From a virus (Duplodnaviria > Caudoviricetes): 56,181 bases of DNA. Below, one piece after another: positions 1-9,434 of this stretch. The notes beneath the pieces were generated by a model. The model searched no databases and had not been told where the DNA came from. It worked only from the letters and a program-made list of their open reading frames with translations. The position numbers and the translations under genes are program-made. Location: positions 1 through 56,181 of the IMG/VR virus record IMGVR_UViG_3300021420_000040; one strand, given 5' to 3'. Numbering within the stretch: the stretch's first letter is position 1; each line of letters starts with the position of its first letter.

Positions 1-126
1 TATGCGCTTGGCCGACCTGAATGTAATGAAAAAGCCGTCGTGGAAGCATTGGAAAAGGCTTTGGCCGCTCGCGGCGTCGCTTGGAAAGTCAAAAGCTGCA
101 AAGATGCGTGGGCTGCGTGGGATGCG
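1..126. repeat. Terminal direct repeat (circular overlap), left copy
   Basis: Bases 1-126 are identical to 56047-56172; the two copies diverge inside the 9-bp tandem repeat. Confidence 0.95.
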
Positions 127-360
127 TGGGATGCGCGGGATGCGTGGGATGCGCGGGATGCGCGGGATGCGTGGGATGCGCGGGATGCGTGGGATGCGCG
201 GGATGCGTTAACAGTTTTCTTCGCAGCCAAGCAAGGATGGATCAAATCCGATCCACTGTTACTCACTATTGGACTGCGCGATGCCTACACAAATGGGCTA
301 GAGATCGCCATCCCAACCGCGAAAGATACTTTAGGCTATGCAATGTCGGAGAAACCATGA
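1..360 (+). CDS. 3' part of junction-spanning DAW/DAR repeat protein
   Basis: Same frame as the 55660 ORF: ...EALEKALAARG...DAWAAWDAWDAR...SEKP*. Confidence 0.8.
   Translation, partial: YALGRPECNEKAVVEALEKALAARGVAWKVKSCKDAWAAWDAWDARDAWDARDARDAWDARDAWDARDALTVFFAAKQGWIKSDPLLLTIGLRDAYTNGLEIAIPTAKDTLGYAMSEKP
103..207 (+). repeat. 9-bp tandem repeat G(A/C)TGCG(T/C)GG, about 11.7 copies
   Basis: Read directly; encodes DAW/AAW/DAR triplets. Confidence 0.95.
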
Positions 361-578
361 CCAAGCAAGCCGAAGAACCGAAATCAATTACCTGTGAGTC
401 TTGCGGTTACAAATGGACGCCGAGAGTTGAGAATCCAGTGGCATGCCCGGAATGCAAGGCTCGGCTCGGAAAGCAGGGCAAATCGTCAATGATTACCTCC
501 GCGTCTTCCGATTTGTTGTCGGCATGCTCGGCGCTCTGCTGTTCTGTGCCGCCGTTTGGATGTTGTTATGGATTTTAA
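357..578 (+). CDS. Small Zn-ribbon protein
   Basis: GGAG then ATG at 357; CESC...W...CPEC motif. Confidence 0.55.
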   Translation: MTKQAEEPKSITCESCGYKWTPRVENPVACPECKARLGKQGKSSMITSASSDLLSACSALCCSVPPFGCCYGF

Positions 579-615
579 GCCGGGATGGATTCAATTGGAT
601 CGAAAGGAGTTGGCG

Positions 616-819
616 ATGAATCACGAAGAGGAATTGTATCATCGTGTCGGCCTCAATTCCGAGACTCCCATCTGCCGGAACTGCCATCACCCGGTTCACG
701 TCGGCATGTGCAATGAACTGTACGACTCGATTACCGAACGCCGATTCTATCGGTGCGCGTGTAAGCATTCGGAACCGCTCACACTCGAAGATGTGCTCGA
801 CCGCGAAGGGAGAATCTGA
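616..819 (+). CDS. Small Cys/His protein, paralog of 55466..55663
   Basis: AAGGAG RBS; CRNCHHPVH...RCAC..EPL..EDVLDREGRI. Confidence 0.75.
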   Translation: MNHEEELYHRVGLNSETPICRNCHHPVHVGMCNELYDSITERRFYRCACKHSEPLTLEDVLDREGRI

Positions 820-820
820 A

Positions 821-1603
821 ATGGCCGACCCACAGCCTGCCTTGAAGCAAGACGAAGCGCCCACACTCAAGTGGAGAATGTCGCCTGAGATCGGGAAACT
901 CGCCGAATCCCTTGCTAAAGCGCAAGGGAAGTTCGAGACGATCCTAAAAGAAAACGACAACCCAGCTTACCGAGGCTCGAAATATGCCGACTTATCTGCC
1001 ATTATCGCTGGCACACAGAAACAGCTTTCCGCCGAGGGCATCGCTGTAATCCAAATGCCGCACGCCGAATTTGGTGAAGGCGATGCCAAAATGCTAACCC
1101 TCACTACCATGCTTGCCCACAGTTCGGGCGAATGGATTCTTTGTGATCTGACGATGCCTGCCATGATGCGCGAGCGATTCGACGCTCAAAGCGTAGGCTC
1201 CGCCGTCACCTATGCCCGCAGGTACAGTCTCCAGTCGATGCTTGGCGTGGCCGCTGAAGTTGACGATGACGGAAATAAGGCGGTTGGTGTCGGATCGAAG
1301 GAAGAAGCCCAAGCCGTCGGCAAACAGCAACTTCGGAAAGCAGCACAGAAGGCCGGAAATGATGCCATCGTTCTCACCGAATGGAATGATGTCCTGGCCG
1401 TTGCGGGAGAAGGCGGTTTGGCGATTCTGAAATCGGAATGCGAGGCCGAAGCCTTGAAAGATGTCGGCTTCAAGAAAGACGGTAATGTTCTCACCATTCC
1501 TGTCGGCAACTGGCCGAAACTAGAAGAACTCTGCCTGCGAGCGAAAGTCGAACTACACTGGGCAAACTCCGCTAAATCGGCAGTCAAAGGGATGGGCACA
1601 TGA
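821..1603 (+). CDS. erf: ERF-family single-strand annealing recombinase
   Basis: LAKAQ, NPAYRGSKYADL, LAHSSGEWI, AQSVGSAVTYARRYSLQSMLGV, DDDGN motifs. Confidence 0.9.
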   Translation: MADPQPALKQDEAPTLKWRMSPEIGKLAESLAKAQGKFETILKENDNPAYRGSKYADLSAIIAGTQKQLSAEGIAVIQMPHAEFGEGDAKMLTLTTMLAHSSGEWILCDLTMPAMMRERFDAQSVGSAVTYARRYSLQSMLGVAAEVDDDGNKAVGVGSKEEAQAVGKQQLRKAAQKAGNDAIVLTEWNDVLAVAGEGGLAILKSECEAEALKDVGFKKDGNVLTIPVGNWPKLEELCLRAKVELHWANSAKSAVKGMGT

Positions 1604-2373
1604 CATTCGAGGAGTGGTGGGAACAGACCGCAAGCAAGCTGGCTTTCAAGGCGCTCGAGTTAGACGCCGCAAGAATGGCTTGGAACGCAGCCCTAGCCGA
1701 AAAAGAGGAGCGGATTCGGGTGCTCGAAGCGCAAGTTGCCGACGTTCATCAATCCTACCAATCGGGCAAAGCGTGGCAAGAGCAAGAGGCGCGGCTGACC
1801 GAGCAATTTCTGAACAAAGAAGAATTGGCTGTCATTTACTTACAACTTCCCGCTACCGTTGCCGACGGGCTTATTAAGCACCTGCGTACGCAGCAGGCCC
1901 GCATTGACGTGCTCGAAGCGAATATCAAACTTGGCGTAGAAGGTGAGCGCAGGGACTGCGAAAAGGCATTGCTGGCGCTCGCAGGCAAGTACCCCACTCC
2001 GGTTGAAGGCTACGGCATCAACACAAGCTGGGCAATCTCCGAGTTGTGCCGCGCTTTCACTAACGCGCAGGCCCGCATTGACGTGCTCGAAGCGCAGCGC
2101 CGCACAGAGTTGGATCGGCAGACAGAACACTGGGCCGAAATAGTGAAGGGACTCGCCGCCCGCATCGACCGGGCGAAGGGGCTGGCACATGGCGTACGGG
2201 CAGCATTCTCTGATTTAGCTGTCGAAATGGAAAAGCACAGCAACGATCACATAGCAAGCATGGACTCGGATAAACGGCTGGCCGCTTCGATAGAAGGTGT
2301 CTGCGCTGACAGGATTTATGCGCTACTGCCGAGAGCCGACGAACTCCTAGCCGCGCTCGGAGATGGGAAATGA
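1600..2373 (+). CDS. Coiled-coil hypothetical protein
   Basis: 257 aa; MTFEEWW start; internal repeat QARIDVLEA (27-bp DNA repeat at 1894 and 2068). Confidence 0.7.
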   Translation: MTFEEWWEQTASKLAFKALELDAARMAWNAALAEKEERIRVLEAQVADVHQSYQSGKAWQEQEARLTEQFLNKEELAVIYLQLPATVADGLIKHLRTQQARIDVLEANIKLGVEGERRDCEKALLALAGKYPTPVEGYGINTSWAISELCRAFTNAQARIDVLEAQRRTELDRQTEHWAEIVKGLAARIDRAKGLAHGVRAAFSDLAVEMEKHSNDHIASMDSDKRLAASIEGVCADRIYALLPRADELLAALGDGK

Positions 2374-2593
2374 AAAGCTACCCGCTGTACCGGACGCACT
2401 GGCATCTCGGGTATTGCAACAAGACAGCCTGCGGGATTTTGATTTACAAAACGGCAGTTGCTAACGAATTCGATACAGCTACATGCACTCGGCTTGAGTG
2501 TTCGCTTAAACCGACCTGCCGCAGATGTCAAAAAGTTATGCGAATCGGAAAGTTTGAGCGGGCCGGCTCTCGACGCGAAGGGAGAAGGAAGCG

Positions 2594-2797
2594 ATGCCAG
2601 TTCTACATAGCCTTCTGCTCACTCCAGAGCAGTCGTTACGGTTAAAGATGCTGCTTACAGACGAAAGTCATGGTGGAGAATATCCTGTCAAGGATTGCGC
2701 GCTCTGCCAGATAGCCCAGAAACTGGAAAATATTCTGATCGGCCACAGGGCAGCGGTCAAAGCGCGGGACGCGAAGGGAGAAGCGAGCGATGCGTGA
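2594..2797 (+). CDS. Hypothetical protein
   Basis: GAAGGGAG RBS; coupled to the next ORF. Confidence 0.55.
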   Translation: MPVLHSLLLTPEQSLRLKMLLTDESHGGEYPVKDCALCQIAQKLENILIGHRAAVKARDAKGEASDA

Positions 2798-3008
2798 AGT
2801 AACAGAAATCGTCCACTGGCCCGGAAAGGATGTTCCAGCCTGTGCCGAGCATGCCGCAAAGCTGAGAGCGGTAGGTCAAGCTATGGGATTCGCCGTAGCC
2901 GACAAGGTTCGCAAGCAGGAAGAGCGCCGCGGCCTCGTGCGCCTGGTCTTCTGGAGCGCGGTGATTGTGGGGCTGTGCTGCGGGCTGGTGTGGTGGATTC
3001 TGCAATGA
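2790..3008 (+). CDS. Small membrane protein
   Basis: GAAGGGAG RBS; C-terminal hydrophobic helix. Confidence 0.6.
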   Translation: MREVTEIVHWPGKDVPACAEHAAKLRAVGQAMGFAVADKVRKQEERRGLVRLVFWSAVIVGLCCGLVWWILQ

Positions 3009-3262
3009 AAGCGCCCAAAGAACCCAAGGAAGGAATCGAACACGACTTTCGTCAGTCGCCGACTCGCATATCAGCGAAGCGATACGGTGGCTCGTGGATG
3101 CTGTACGAAAAGAATCCATTAAGCGGCAGGGAGCGAATTCTTGGCCTGCGTCCTGAATGGGATGACGTTTACACGCAAGGAACACTGCTGACTAGAGCGC
3201 TGTCCGGCAGGACTCTCGAACAGGGCGTCGTTGACGGAATTATTGAGGGGCCGCTGCAATGA
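3005..3262 (+). CDS. Hypothetical protein
   Basis: ATGA overlap with the upstream stop; MKAPKEPKEG... Confidence 0.55.
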   Translation: MKAPKEPKEGIEHDFRQSPTRISAKRYGGSWMLYEKNPLSGRERILGLRPEWDDVYTQGTLLTRALSGRTLEQGVVDGIIEGPLQ

Positions 3263-3353
3263 GCGAAGAAATGGAATGGCAGCCGGTACGGATTGCGCCC
3301 TGCGGCGAAGAGGAACGCGCCGCGCACGCGGAACCAACTGACAGGTTTGGGCT

Positions 3354-3383
3354 GTGAGGGAGAAGCCGATGGCCGGTAAGCCG
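3354..3383 (+). repeat. 30-bp direct repeat, copy 1 (RBS plus MAGKP start)
   Basis: gtgagggagaagccgatggccggtaagccg is identical to 3690-3719. Confidence 0.9.
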
Positions 3384-3496
3384 CGACTGAGGCATGATCC
3401 AAAGGATTGCTGGATTTGCCGCGTGCGGGCAAGTGCGCGTAGACATCGAAAGGCCGCGCGTGCCCGGAAACCGAAGAAAGAGGGAAAAGAGGGTCA

Positions 3497-3715
3497 ATGG
3501 TCAGATTCCCCGATAACCTAGGTGGCTATTCTGAACAGTGCGTGCATCTTCGGCCACTGGATGTTCCTTGTGAATCATGTGAGAGGATGAGGGGAAACAT
3601 GGAAAATCCGCTACAAGAAGCGAACATGGTAGTTAAGGCTCTGTACGAAAGCGAGGTCTACAGGCTCGTCCAAGAAAATCGCCGGAAGCGTGAGGGAGAA
3701 GCCGATGGCCGGTAA
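3497..3715 (+). CDS. Hypothetical protein
   Basis: Part of the chain of overlapping small + strand ORFs. Confidence 0.5.
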   Translation: MVRFPDNLGGYSEQCVHLRPLDVPCESCERMRGNMENPLQEANMVVKALYESEVYRLVQENRRKREGEADGR

Positions 3716-3719
3716 GCCG
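3690..3719 (+). repeat. 30-bp direct repeat, copy 2
   Basis: Identical to 3354-3383. Confidence 0.9.
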
Positions 3720-3905
3720 AAATTTCGAGTCGGTCAGGTTGTAGCCTACCGAATGCCAGATGGGGCATGGGATTATGATCGGATTCTAAGCATTCGCCCT
3801 GCTGCGCCCAAAGAATGGAACGAATCGGCCTATCTTTCTCGTAGTGATTTGCGGTTGGACACGCGGAACCTACGGCTGCTCACAAAACGTGAGGCTGGCC
3901 GGTGA
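3705..3905 (+). CDS. Small SH3/KOW-like protein
   Basis: PKFRVGQVV motif after GGGAG RBS. Confidence 0.6.
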   Translation: MAGKPKFRVGQVVAYRMPDGAWDYDRILSIRPAAPKEWNESAYLSRSDLRLDTRNLRLLTKREAGR

Positions 3906-3951
3906 GCCTCGCCATTCTCGTTTTGCTTGCCGCTGTGACGAAAGGAGCGCG

Positions 3952-4173
3952 ATGACAAACGAAGTCATAGTTAGAGCGACGTACGACTCAAAATCTTCCG
4001 TGCCTCGCATCGGGCAACGAAAGCGAATGCGGGTGAACGGCAAGGTGGAACTGCTCACACTCAACAAAATTGAGGCCGAGCGTCGGCATTGCTATCGAGA
4101 CGACAGCACCGAAACTTACGAGTACGACACCACGGAGACCTGGGCCTCGTATACGAATGTGCCCGGATGGTGA
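3952..4173 (+). CDS. Hypothetical protein
   Basis: AAGGAG RBS then MTNEVIVRA... Confidence 0.6.
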   Translation: MTNEVIVRATYDSKSSVPRIGQRKRMRVNGKVELLTLNKIEAERRHCYRDDSTETYEYDTTETWASYTNVPGW

Positions 4174-5517
4174 TCCGCGCCGCCATCCTCTTGCTCGTTG
4201 AAATTTAGGGCTTGACGCGAGGGCCGAAAGTTGAATATGCTCCGAAACGCCCTTTGCAGGACCTAGCGGCATGGACTTGAATATGGGCCGAGCACTTCGG
4301 TGTTCGGGCCAGTGGAAAGCCGGGGTTGGGTGCCCTATACATCCAACCCCTCTTCCTTATAGGGGGGAAGTTGCAAGTCAGCAACACAATCCTATCGGTC
4401 CTGACGACATCATCGCCGAAAATGAAGGTCGAGCACGTCGCTGTACAGTATCTCGCCACAAAACAAGCGCTCTCCCATCGAGGAGTTCGTCCGGGCAACG
4501 GCGCAGTAGTCGATCTGCGGCTGGGAAGTCAAAAGCCCTTTTCTTTTCTTCCCTTCTACCACTACGTCCCGGTCCAAATCTCACGGCCCTAAAAGCCGCT
4601 TGGTATACGTGCGTGGAGATGCTGAAAGATAAGTGAGAAGGGAAGTGGTTTCTCTTGGTGACGAAATATGAAATAGCGGAGAAGGATGGACTGGTCGGCG
4701 CGAGCATCCCGCTTGGGAAGTGTCGGGTTCGGCCCAGCTATCTGCGATTTTTGGAGCTCCGAGACTCGGCCAGGATCGACAAGCGCATGACTTGGGCGAA
4801 ATTCCAAGAGAAGTATCCCGAGAAAGTGAAGGAGTGGGACGGAAAATGATCGAACGCGTTGGGAACTGGCTTACATTCGTAGTATACAAGCTCGGCTGGA
4901 AGCGTCCGTATCTTCAATGGCGCATTTGGTGGTACCGGGGATGAAGGAAACGCGCATGAACCTTTGCCTCGATTGCCGAAAGCCGATCAGCCGATCAGCC
5001 AAGTGCTGCCCGGAGTGCGCTTACCGGAAACAGTGGGGGAGTCAAGACTTCGAGCCGGTTCCAGTCGAGCCTGCCGACCGGGTTCGGTGGATGATGGAAG
5101 AGATTATTTCGAGGTGCAGCGGAAGTATTTCTTGACTGGATTTCTAGTAGGTGGTAGAAGCACTGCATGCCGAGGGCAGTAATGACAGTTTTCCTGCAAG
5201 AGCAGAAATGCAAGCGCTGCGGGCACAAATGGGCACCAAAGGTACTTCATCCGGTGCGATGCCCAAAATGTACTTCGCCCTATTGGGACAAGGACCGGAA
5301 GTCATGAGACCACGCGCTAGGATGCCCCTAGATGCCTCCAGAACGCGCACGCAGGCCGATTCTAGCGCCTCGACCGACCCAGTACGTGTGGGAGAGCATC
5401 AAGATTTACTCTGCGCTTGCGGTCACAGCCGATTAGAGCACCACGGATGGTCCAAAATAGAGTGCTTACACACCGATCCTAAAACACTTAAGTTCTGCAA
5501 GTGCGAGGATTTTCGGC

Positions 5518-5736
5518 ATGCCCGATGAGACGGAGTGGCGGGTACTGTTTCGCATTCTGGCCCTCCCGGTCTACCAGGGCTGGTCGGAGATCGAAAAGAC
5601 GGTAGCGGCGAAGAAGGGTATCCATCTGCCCGAAGACAAGCGCAGTTCGGAAGCCTGTGCGGCGTTTACGGCCCTGTACGAGTGCCTGACGGCCCATTTT
5701 CAGCAGTACACCGACGAACAGTGGAGGAACTTCTGA
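5518..5736 (+). CDS. Hypothetical protein
   Basis: 72 aa ORF coupled to its neighbours. Confidence 0.55.
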   Translation: MPDETEWRVLFRILALPVYQGWSEIEKTVAAKKGIHLPEDKRSSEACAAFTALYECLTAHFQQYTDEQWRNF

Positions 5737-6116
5737 TGTCGAACTACATTTCGCTCGAAGATTTGAAGAAGTTGAGTGGTTATGCCATTGGAAAACGCTG
5801 GGTCATATCTGTATTTCCTTTCGATTCAGCAAGGTGCAGAAACTGTGTGACTATGCACAGTGATGGTATCGACTGGTGCAAAGACCCAGATCATGCAGAG
5901 TTTAGAAAGGTGTCGGAGCAGGCGATTGGCAACATCGCGGCAGGCCAACTTCGGCCCTATCTCGAAGCAATTTATTCTCTTCGACTCTTCTACAAGCATC
6001 TATACGCCGACAATCCGCCGGAGATCATGGAGGTTCCGAATGTTCCGAGACAAGGACAAGAAGGTGGCTGCGGAAATAGCTCGGAAGTTGGACTCGCTGT
6101 CTCCCGATCCGACTAA
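5736..6116 (+). CDS. Hypothetical protein
   Basis: GGAGG RBS, TGATG overlap, MSNYISLEDL... Confidence 0.55.
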   Translation: MSNYISLEDLKKLSGYAIGKRWVISVFPFDSARCRNCVTMHSDGIDWCKDPDHAEFRKVSEQAIGNIAAGQLRPYLEAIYSLRLFYKHLYADNPPEIMEVPNVPRQGQEGGCGNSSEVGLAVSRSD

Positions 6117-6351
6117 CCTCGACCCAGTTCTCGGCCCGATCACTCGGGACCTGATCCGAAAGCAGGCCGGGCTTCTCGGCCAAGTGGCTACGCTGAACCG
6201 GGAAATCTCGGAACTCGATGCGGAGATCGCGTGGTTCAAGCGCAACCCCGTGGCCGAGCAGTATTTCCCGAAGGTAGCTGCGATTCTAGATAGTTTGAGG
6301 CCAAAGGTAGCGACTGAAGCAATGGGCGATCAAGATTTAAGGCCGAAATGA
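6040..6351 (+). CDS. Coiled-coil hypothetical protein
   Basis: GGAGG RBS, MFRDKDKKVAAE... Confidence 0.6.
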   Translation: MFRDKDKKVAAEIARKLDSLSPDPTNLDPVLGPITRDLIRKQAGLLGQVATLNREISELDAEIAWFKRNPVAEQYFPKVAAILDSLRPKVATEAMGDQDLRPK

Positions 6352-6668
6352 CGCGCAAGGCTCATCAGGTCGATAGAGATGCCACGGCGACGTCCCGATT
6401 CCAAGACAAGCGCAGCTATGTGCGCACCGATGGCCACGAGTTTTTATTTGGGGAGGATGTTCGGAATCGCCGGCAGGAAATCTATGACCGGGACCTTGGT
6501 ATCTGTCAGGGATGTGGGTTGCGAGTCTCGTACACCGAGTTTCACATGCACCATAAGCAGGGGGGCCTAGTTGGCCGATGCACCTGCATGCATAATCTCG
6601 AAACTCTATGCGCGAAGTGCCATTGGAACGAGCACCCACAAGTAATGAGCGGCAAGATCGGAGAATAG
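6348..6668 (+). CDS. HNH endonuclease
   Basis: RD..CQGCG...HMHH...NLETLCAKCH. Confidence 0.85.
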   Translation: MTRKAHQVDRDATATSRFQDKRSYVRTDGHEFLFGEDVRNRRQEIYDRDLGICQGCGLRVSYTEFHMHHKQGGLVGRCTCMHNLETLCAKCHWNEHPQVMSGKIGE

Positions 6669-6815
6669 CGTGGACGATAACACATTTTGGGTCAAGATTG
6701 TTACCATAGTTATGATAACGGTAATGTTTGTAGCATCCTGCGTTACTTTATATTATATAGAAGACCGCATCGGCCCAGTGCGTCCCATTGTCAGCATGCA
6801 GTATCAGGCCAAGTG

Positions 6816-7145
6816 ATGAAGCAAAAGGCAAGTGAGGCCAGTATCCTGCTGTGGGAGCAACTAAAGGACCTGCATATTGGGTTTATCGAGAAAGAAAAGA
6901 AATTCTGGTACGCCCGAAAATGGGCTTTCGATTTCTCGCTAATTATGCACAGGATGGCGCTAGGAATTGAAATTGAAGGTGGCGCATGGACCCAAGGCCG
7001 GCACACTCGGGGCAAAGGCTTCATCGCCGACATGGAGAAATACAACCATGCTGCCCTTCTCGGCTGGCGCGTACTTCGATTCACTCCTCAGCAGGTTTTG
7101 AAGGGCGAAGCGATAGCGTTTATCCGACGCGTACTCGACGCATGA
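6816..7145 (+). CDS. PD-(D/E)XK nuclease (DUF559/Vsr-like)
   Basis: E.KF..RKWAFDF...IEIEGG.W..GRHTRGKGF..DMEKYN.A...GWRVLRFT. Confidence 0.85.
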   Translation: MKQKASEASILLWEQLKDLHIGFIEKEKKFWYARKWAFDFSLIMHRMALGIEIEGGAWTQGRHTRGKGFIADMEKYNHAALLGWRVLRFTPQQVLKGEAIAFIRRVLDA

Positions 7146-7279
7146 AAGGAGGTGATGCCAAATGAAAACTCCCCTGCGCCGCAGCAGAACTGGGGTTGGT
7201 GCGTTGGCGCGTATTGCTCTATCCCTTGCTTTACAACTGATCCCACTGGCTGCAAAGGCGCAGAATAGCGAGGCCGGGG

Positions 7280-7358
7280 ATGGCGCTAAACCGGAGCCGC
7301 TAAGAGAGCGCCATTTTTTAATGAGGGCGGCACCGACCCCCGCCGAATCCGCCCTCAT
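7280..7358. terminator. Two hairpins at the convergence of the early (+) and late (-) operons
   Basis: atggcgct..agcgccat followed by a T-run; atgagggcgg..ccgccctcat. Confidence 0.55.
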
Positions 7359-7362
7359 CGCT

Positions 7363-7773
7363 TCACGACAACATCAAAGTGACCGTCTCGCCAGCAGCAA
7401 GAGCCGATTCAAACTCTCCCATGAAGGATTCGAAGGCTATCTCACTCTCGCCGATCTCGGCATCATTGATTCGCTTCTCGCCAATCAGGATACATCCGTC
7501 GGTGTCCTGAGGATAGTTGCCGATGTGTAGTTCGATCATCGAGCGCTCCGGCACGTCATTCACGAGCGGCACAAAATAGCCGCGCTTCGGAGAGAGATAC
7601 CTCGTCAGATTGTAAGTGCCAGCGGGAATGCAGCATCGGTCTGGAACATTCGGCTGCCCTTCGAATAGCTCGGGCAGTTCGAGTTCAAAGTACTTCTGCT
7701 CCCCGTCTACCGAGACCACTCCGGTGATAGCGAGGTCGCTTTTCCAGAGGCGAGCGATTGTGACCTGCATCAC
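7363..7773 (-). CDS. DUF5675-like protein, candidate cell-wall hydrolase
   Basis: LELP...CIPAGTY...VPERSMIELHIGNYPQDTDGCILIG. Confidence 0.8.
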   Translation of the reverse strand: MMQVTIARLWKSDLAITGVVSVDGEQKYFELELPELFEGQPNVPDRCCIPAGTYNLTRYLSPKRGYFVPLVNDVPERSMIELHIGNYPQDTDGCILIGEKRINDAEIGESEIAFESFMGEFESALAAGETVTLMLS

Positions 7774-8012
7774 TGCCAGGTGTTACCGCAACTATTGCAA
7801 GCGAACGCGCCTCCGGAGCACACCGTTTGCACACTTTTACATCGCGGGCAGGCTGGAGCAGTGATAAAAGATGGTTTGGGCGCGGATGGACTGGATGGCT
7901 GGACACTTCCGCCCCGAAGTTCGTCCAAAGTGATCTTTTTGCCGTCGAAGGTGACAACAGTGCTGCCCGGAAAGGATTTCGTATTCGCAAGAAGCTGTGA
8001 TTTATTGTCCAC
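7770..8012 (-). CDS. Small protein with C-terminal Zn ribbon
   Basis: AAGGAG RBS; CPRCKSVQTV..GG..ACNSCG. Confidence 0.7.
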   Translation of the reverse strand: MDNKSQLLANTKSFPGSTVVTFDGKKITLDELRGGSVQPSSPSAPKPSFITAPACPRCKSVQTVCSGGAFACNSCGNTWQ

Positions 8013-8093
8013 AGGAAGTCTCCTTTTTTCGACACTACGAGCGTTCTATCGAAAGGGGGAGGGATGGCAGCCGAAACCGCCATCCCAAATCCT

Positions 8094-8651
8094 TTACCGA
8101 CGCCGGGTCGGATTCAGGGTATAGCTCAACGTCGCCGTGGTTGCGGGCGGAGGCGGCGCTGCGCTCACCGTGAACGCGCAGGAATCGGTCAAGCCGTTGC
8201 CTTGGTCGAGGGCCGACACGTTCGCCGTGCCCGCCGTAACCAAAGTGGCGATGCCCGTGTTCGGGTCCACCGTCACAACCGCCGGCGTATCCGAGGCGTA
8301 CACAACTGGGCCAATCGGCGCAACTATGACGCCGGTGGCGGTTGCCTCGGTGAAGCTAGGTGTTGCCGTATTCCCAACTACTCCGCTAACTGGTGCTCCC
8401 ATAGTTCCTCCTTGAATTGTGTATTGCAGGGTTGCTGTCGTTGCTTCTGGCGGTGGAGTTAGTCCTTGGATCGCGGAGATGATAGCCTGACTGGATGCTT
8501 TGATTGCAATAATGATCTCGTCAGTGTTTTTCTTCTCTGCTTTCTTCTGGCGTTCTTCCACTTCCAAGAGGGTCCGGATTAAATCCCGATCACTTCCTCG
8601 ATCATCCACGGCTCGCCTCCGAAACGATGCTACTAAATCTTTCAGCCACAT
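8094..8651 (-). CDS. Ig-like (Big_2) domain protein with an internal in-frame start at 8402
   Basis: YASDTPAVVTVDPNTGIATLVTAGTANVSA; AAGGAGG precedes the ATG at 8402. Confidence 0.75.
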   Translation of the reverse strand: MWLKDLVASFRRRAVDDRGSDRDLIRTLLEVEERQKKAEKKNTDEIIIAIKASSQAIISAIQGLTPPPEATTATLQYTIQGGTMGAPVSGVVGNTATPSFTEATATGVIVAPIGPVVYASDTPAVVTVDPNTGIATLVTAGTANVSALDQGNGLTDSCAFTVSAAPPPPATTATLSYTLNPTRRR

Positions 8652-8681
8652 GAATGTCCTGTTTTGGTCAATTGCCGCGAA

Positions 8682-9434
8682 TCAGCCAATCACGGCATCC
8701 AAATCCGCCTGAAGCTCTGCCATGTTGAATTTGTCGGGTGATAGCCCGCCCCTGAGCCACGAGGGAGACAAGAGCGCATAGCTTTCATCGCAATAGGTGG
8801 TGAAGAATTCCCACGACATAAGCTGGAGCATTCCCCAAGTTATGCACGTGAGCATCTGACTCGCCGTGTCGTAACTCATCACCCAAACATCATGCCCGCC
8901 CGCAATACCTCCATCGTCCTGTACCACGGTCCAAGCTTGTCCTGCCGCGTTCTGATCGAGTGCCGATTGCGGGATCGAGAACCCCATGTCCACTCCACCG
9001 AACAGATACACCGCTTGCTGGATATGGAGCCAGTTCGAGGGATCGACAGAGGCATACGCGGTTAGCGAAACCCCGCCGAAGCCATTCGCTCGCCAGTCAT
9101 TCAGATTGTCGATCAGAGATTCGCCCTGATCGGTCGATGGATTGCCGGGAACGTAGCCGCCATCTGCTTCGTAGGCTGCAAGCACCACACTATCGGGAAC
9201 GGTGACCATGCGTCCGTTATCGAGCGTCCAGATTTGGACGGCATGACCCCTCTTAGCTTCCGTGCAATCACCTAAAGTATCATTGAGCATCATTCCATAG
9301 TTGATGTTGAACCCGCGACTCCAATCGACGCGCGGAGGGGGCGCGGGTAGTGCAAGGCCGAGGTAATCCTTGAATTTGAGGGTTCGCTTAAGCTGATCTG
9401 GCCTGGATGGCTTACGGCCAAGTTTTCGGCTCAT
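8682..9434 (-). CDS. Papain-like cysteine peptidase-fold protein
   Basis: LP.PP.RVDW, NDTLGDCT (candidate catalytic Cys), GGHDV, ITWG. Confidence 0.65.
   Translation of the reverse strand: MSRKLGRKPSRPDQLKRTLKFKDYLGLALPAPPPRVDWSRGFNINYGMMLNDTLGDCTEAKRGHAVQIWTLDNGRMVTVPDSVVLAAYEADGGYVPGNPSTDQGESLIDNLNDWRANGFGGVSLTAYASVDPSNWLHIQQAVYLFGGVDMGFSIPQSALDQNAAGQAWTVVQDDGGIAGGHDVWVMSYDTASQMLTCITWGMLQLMSWEFFTTYCDESYALLSPSWLRGGLSPDKFNMAELQADLDAVIG

Noticed and set aside
103-207. CRISPR array or DGR variable region
   Set aside because: No spacers, no reverse transcriptase and no template repeat; it is an in-frame coding tandem repeat
7162-7530. ORF with perfect SD (AAAGGAGGTGAT) and signal-like N-terminus
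   Set aside because: Runs through terminator hairpins and antisense into the DUF5675-like gene; may be a remnant, product not supportable
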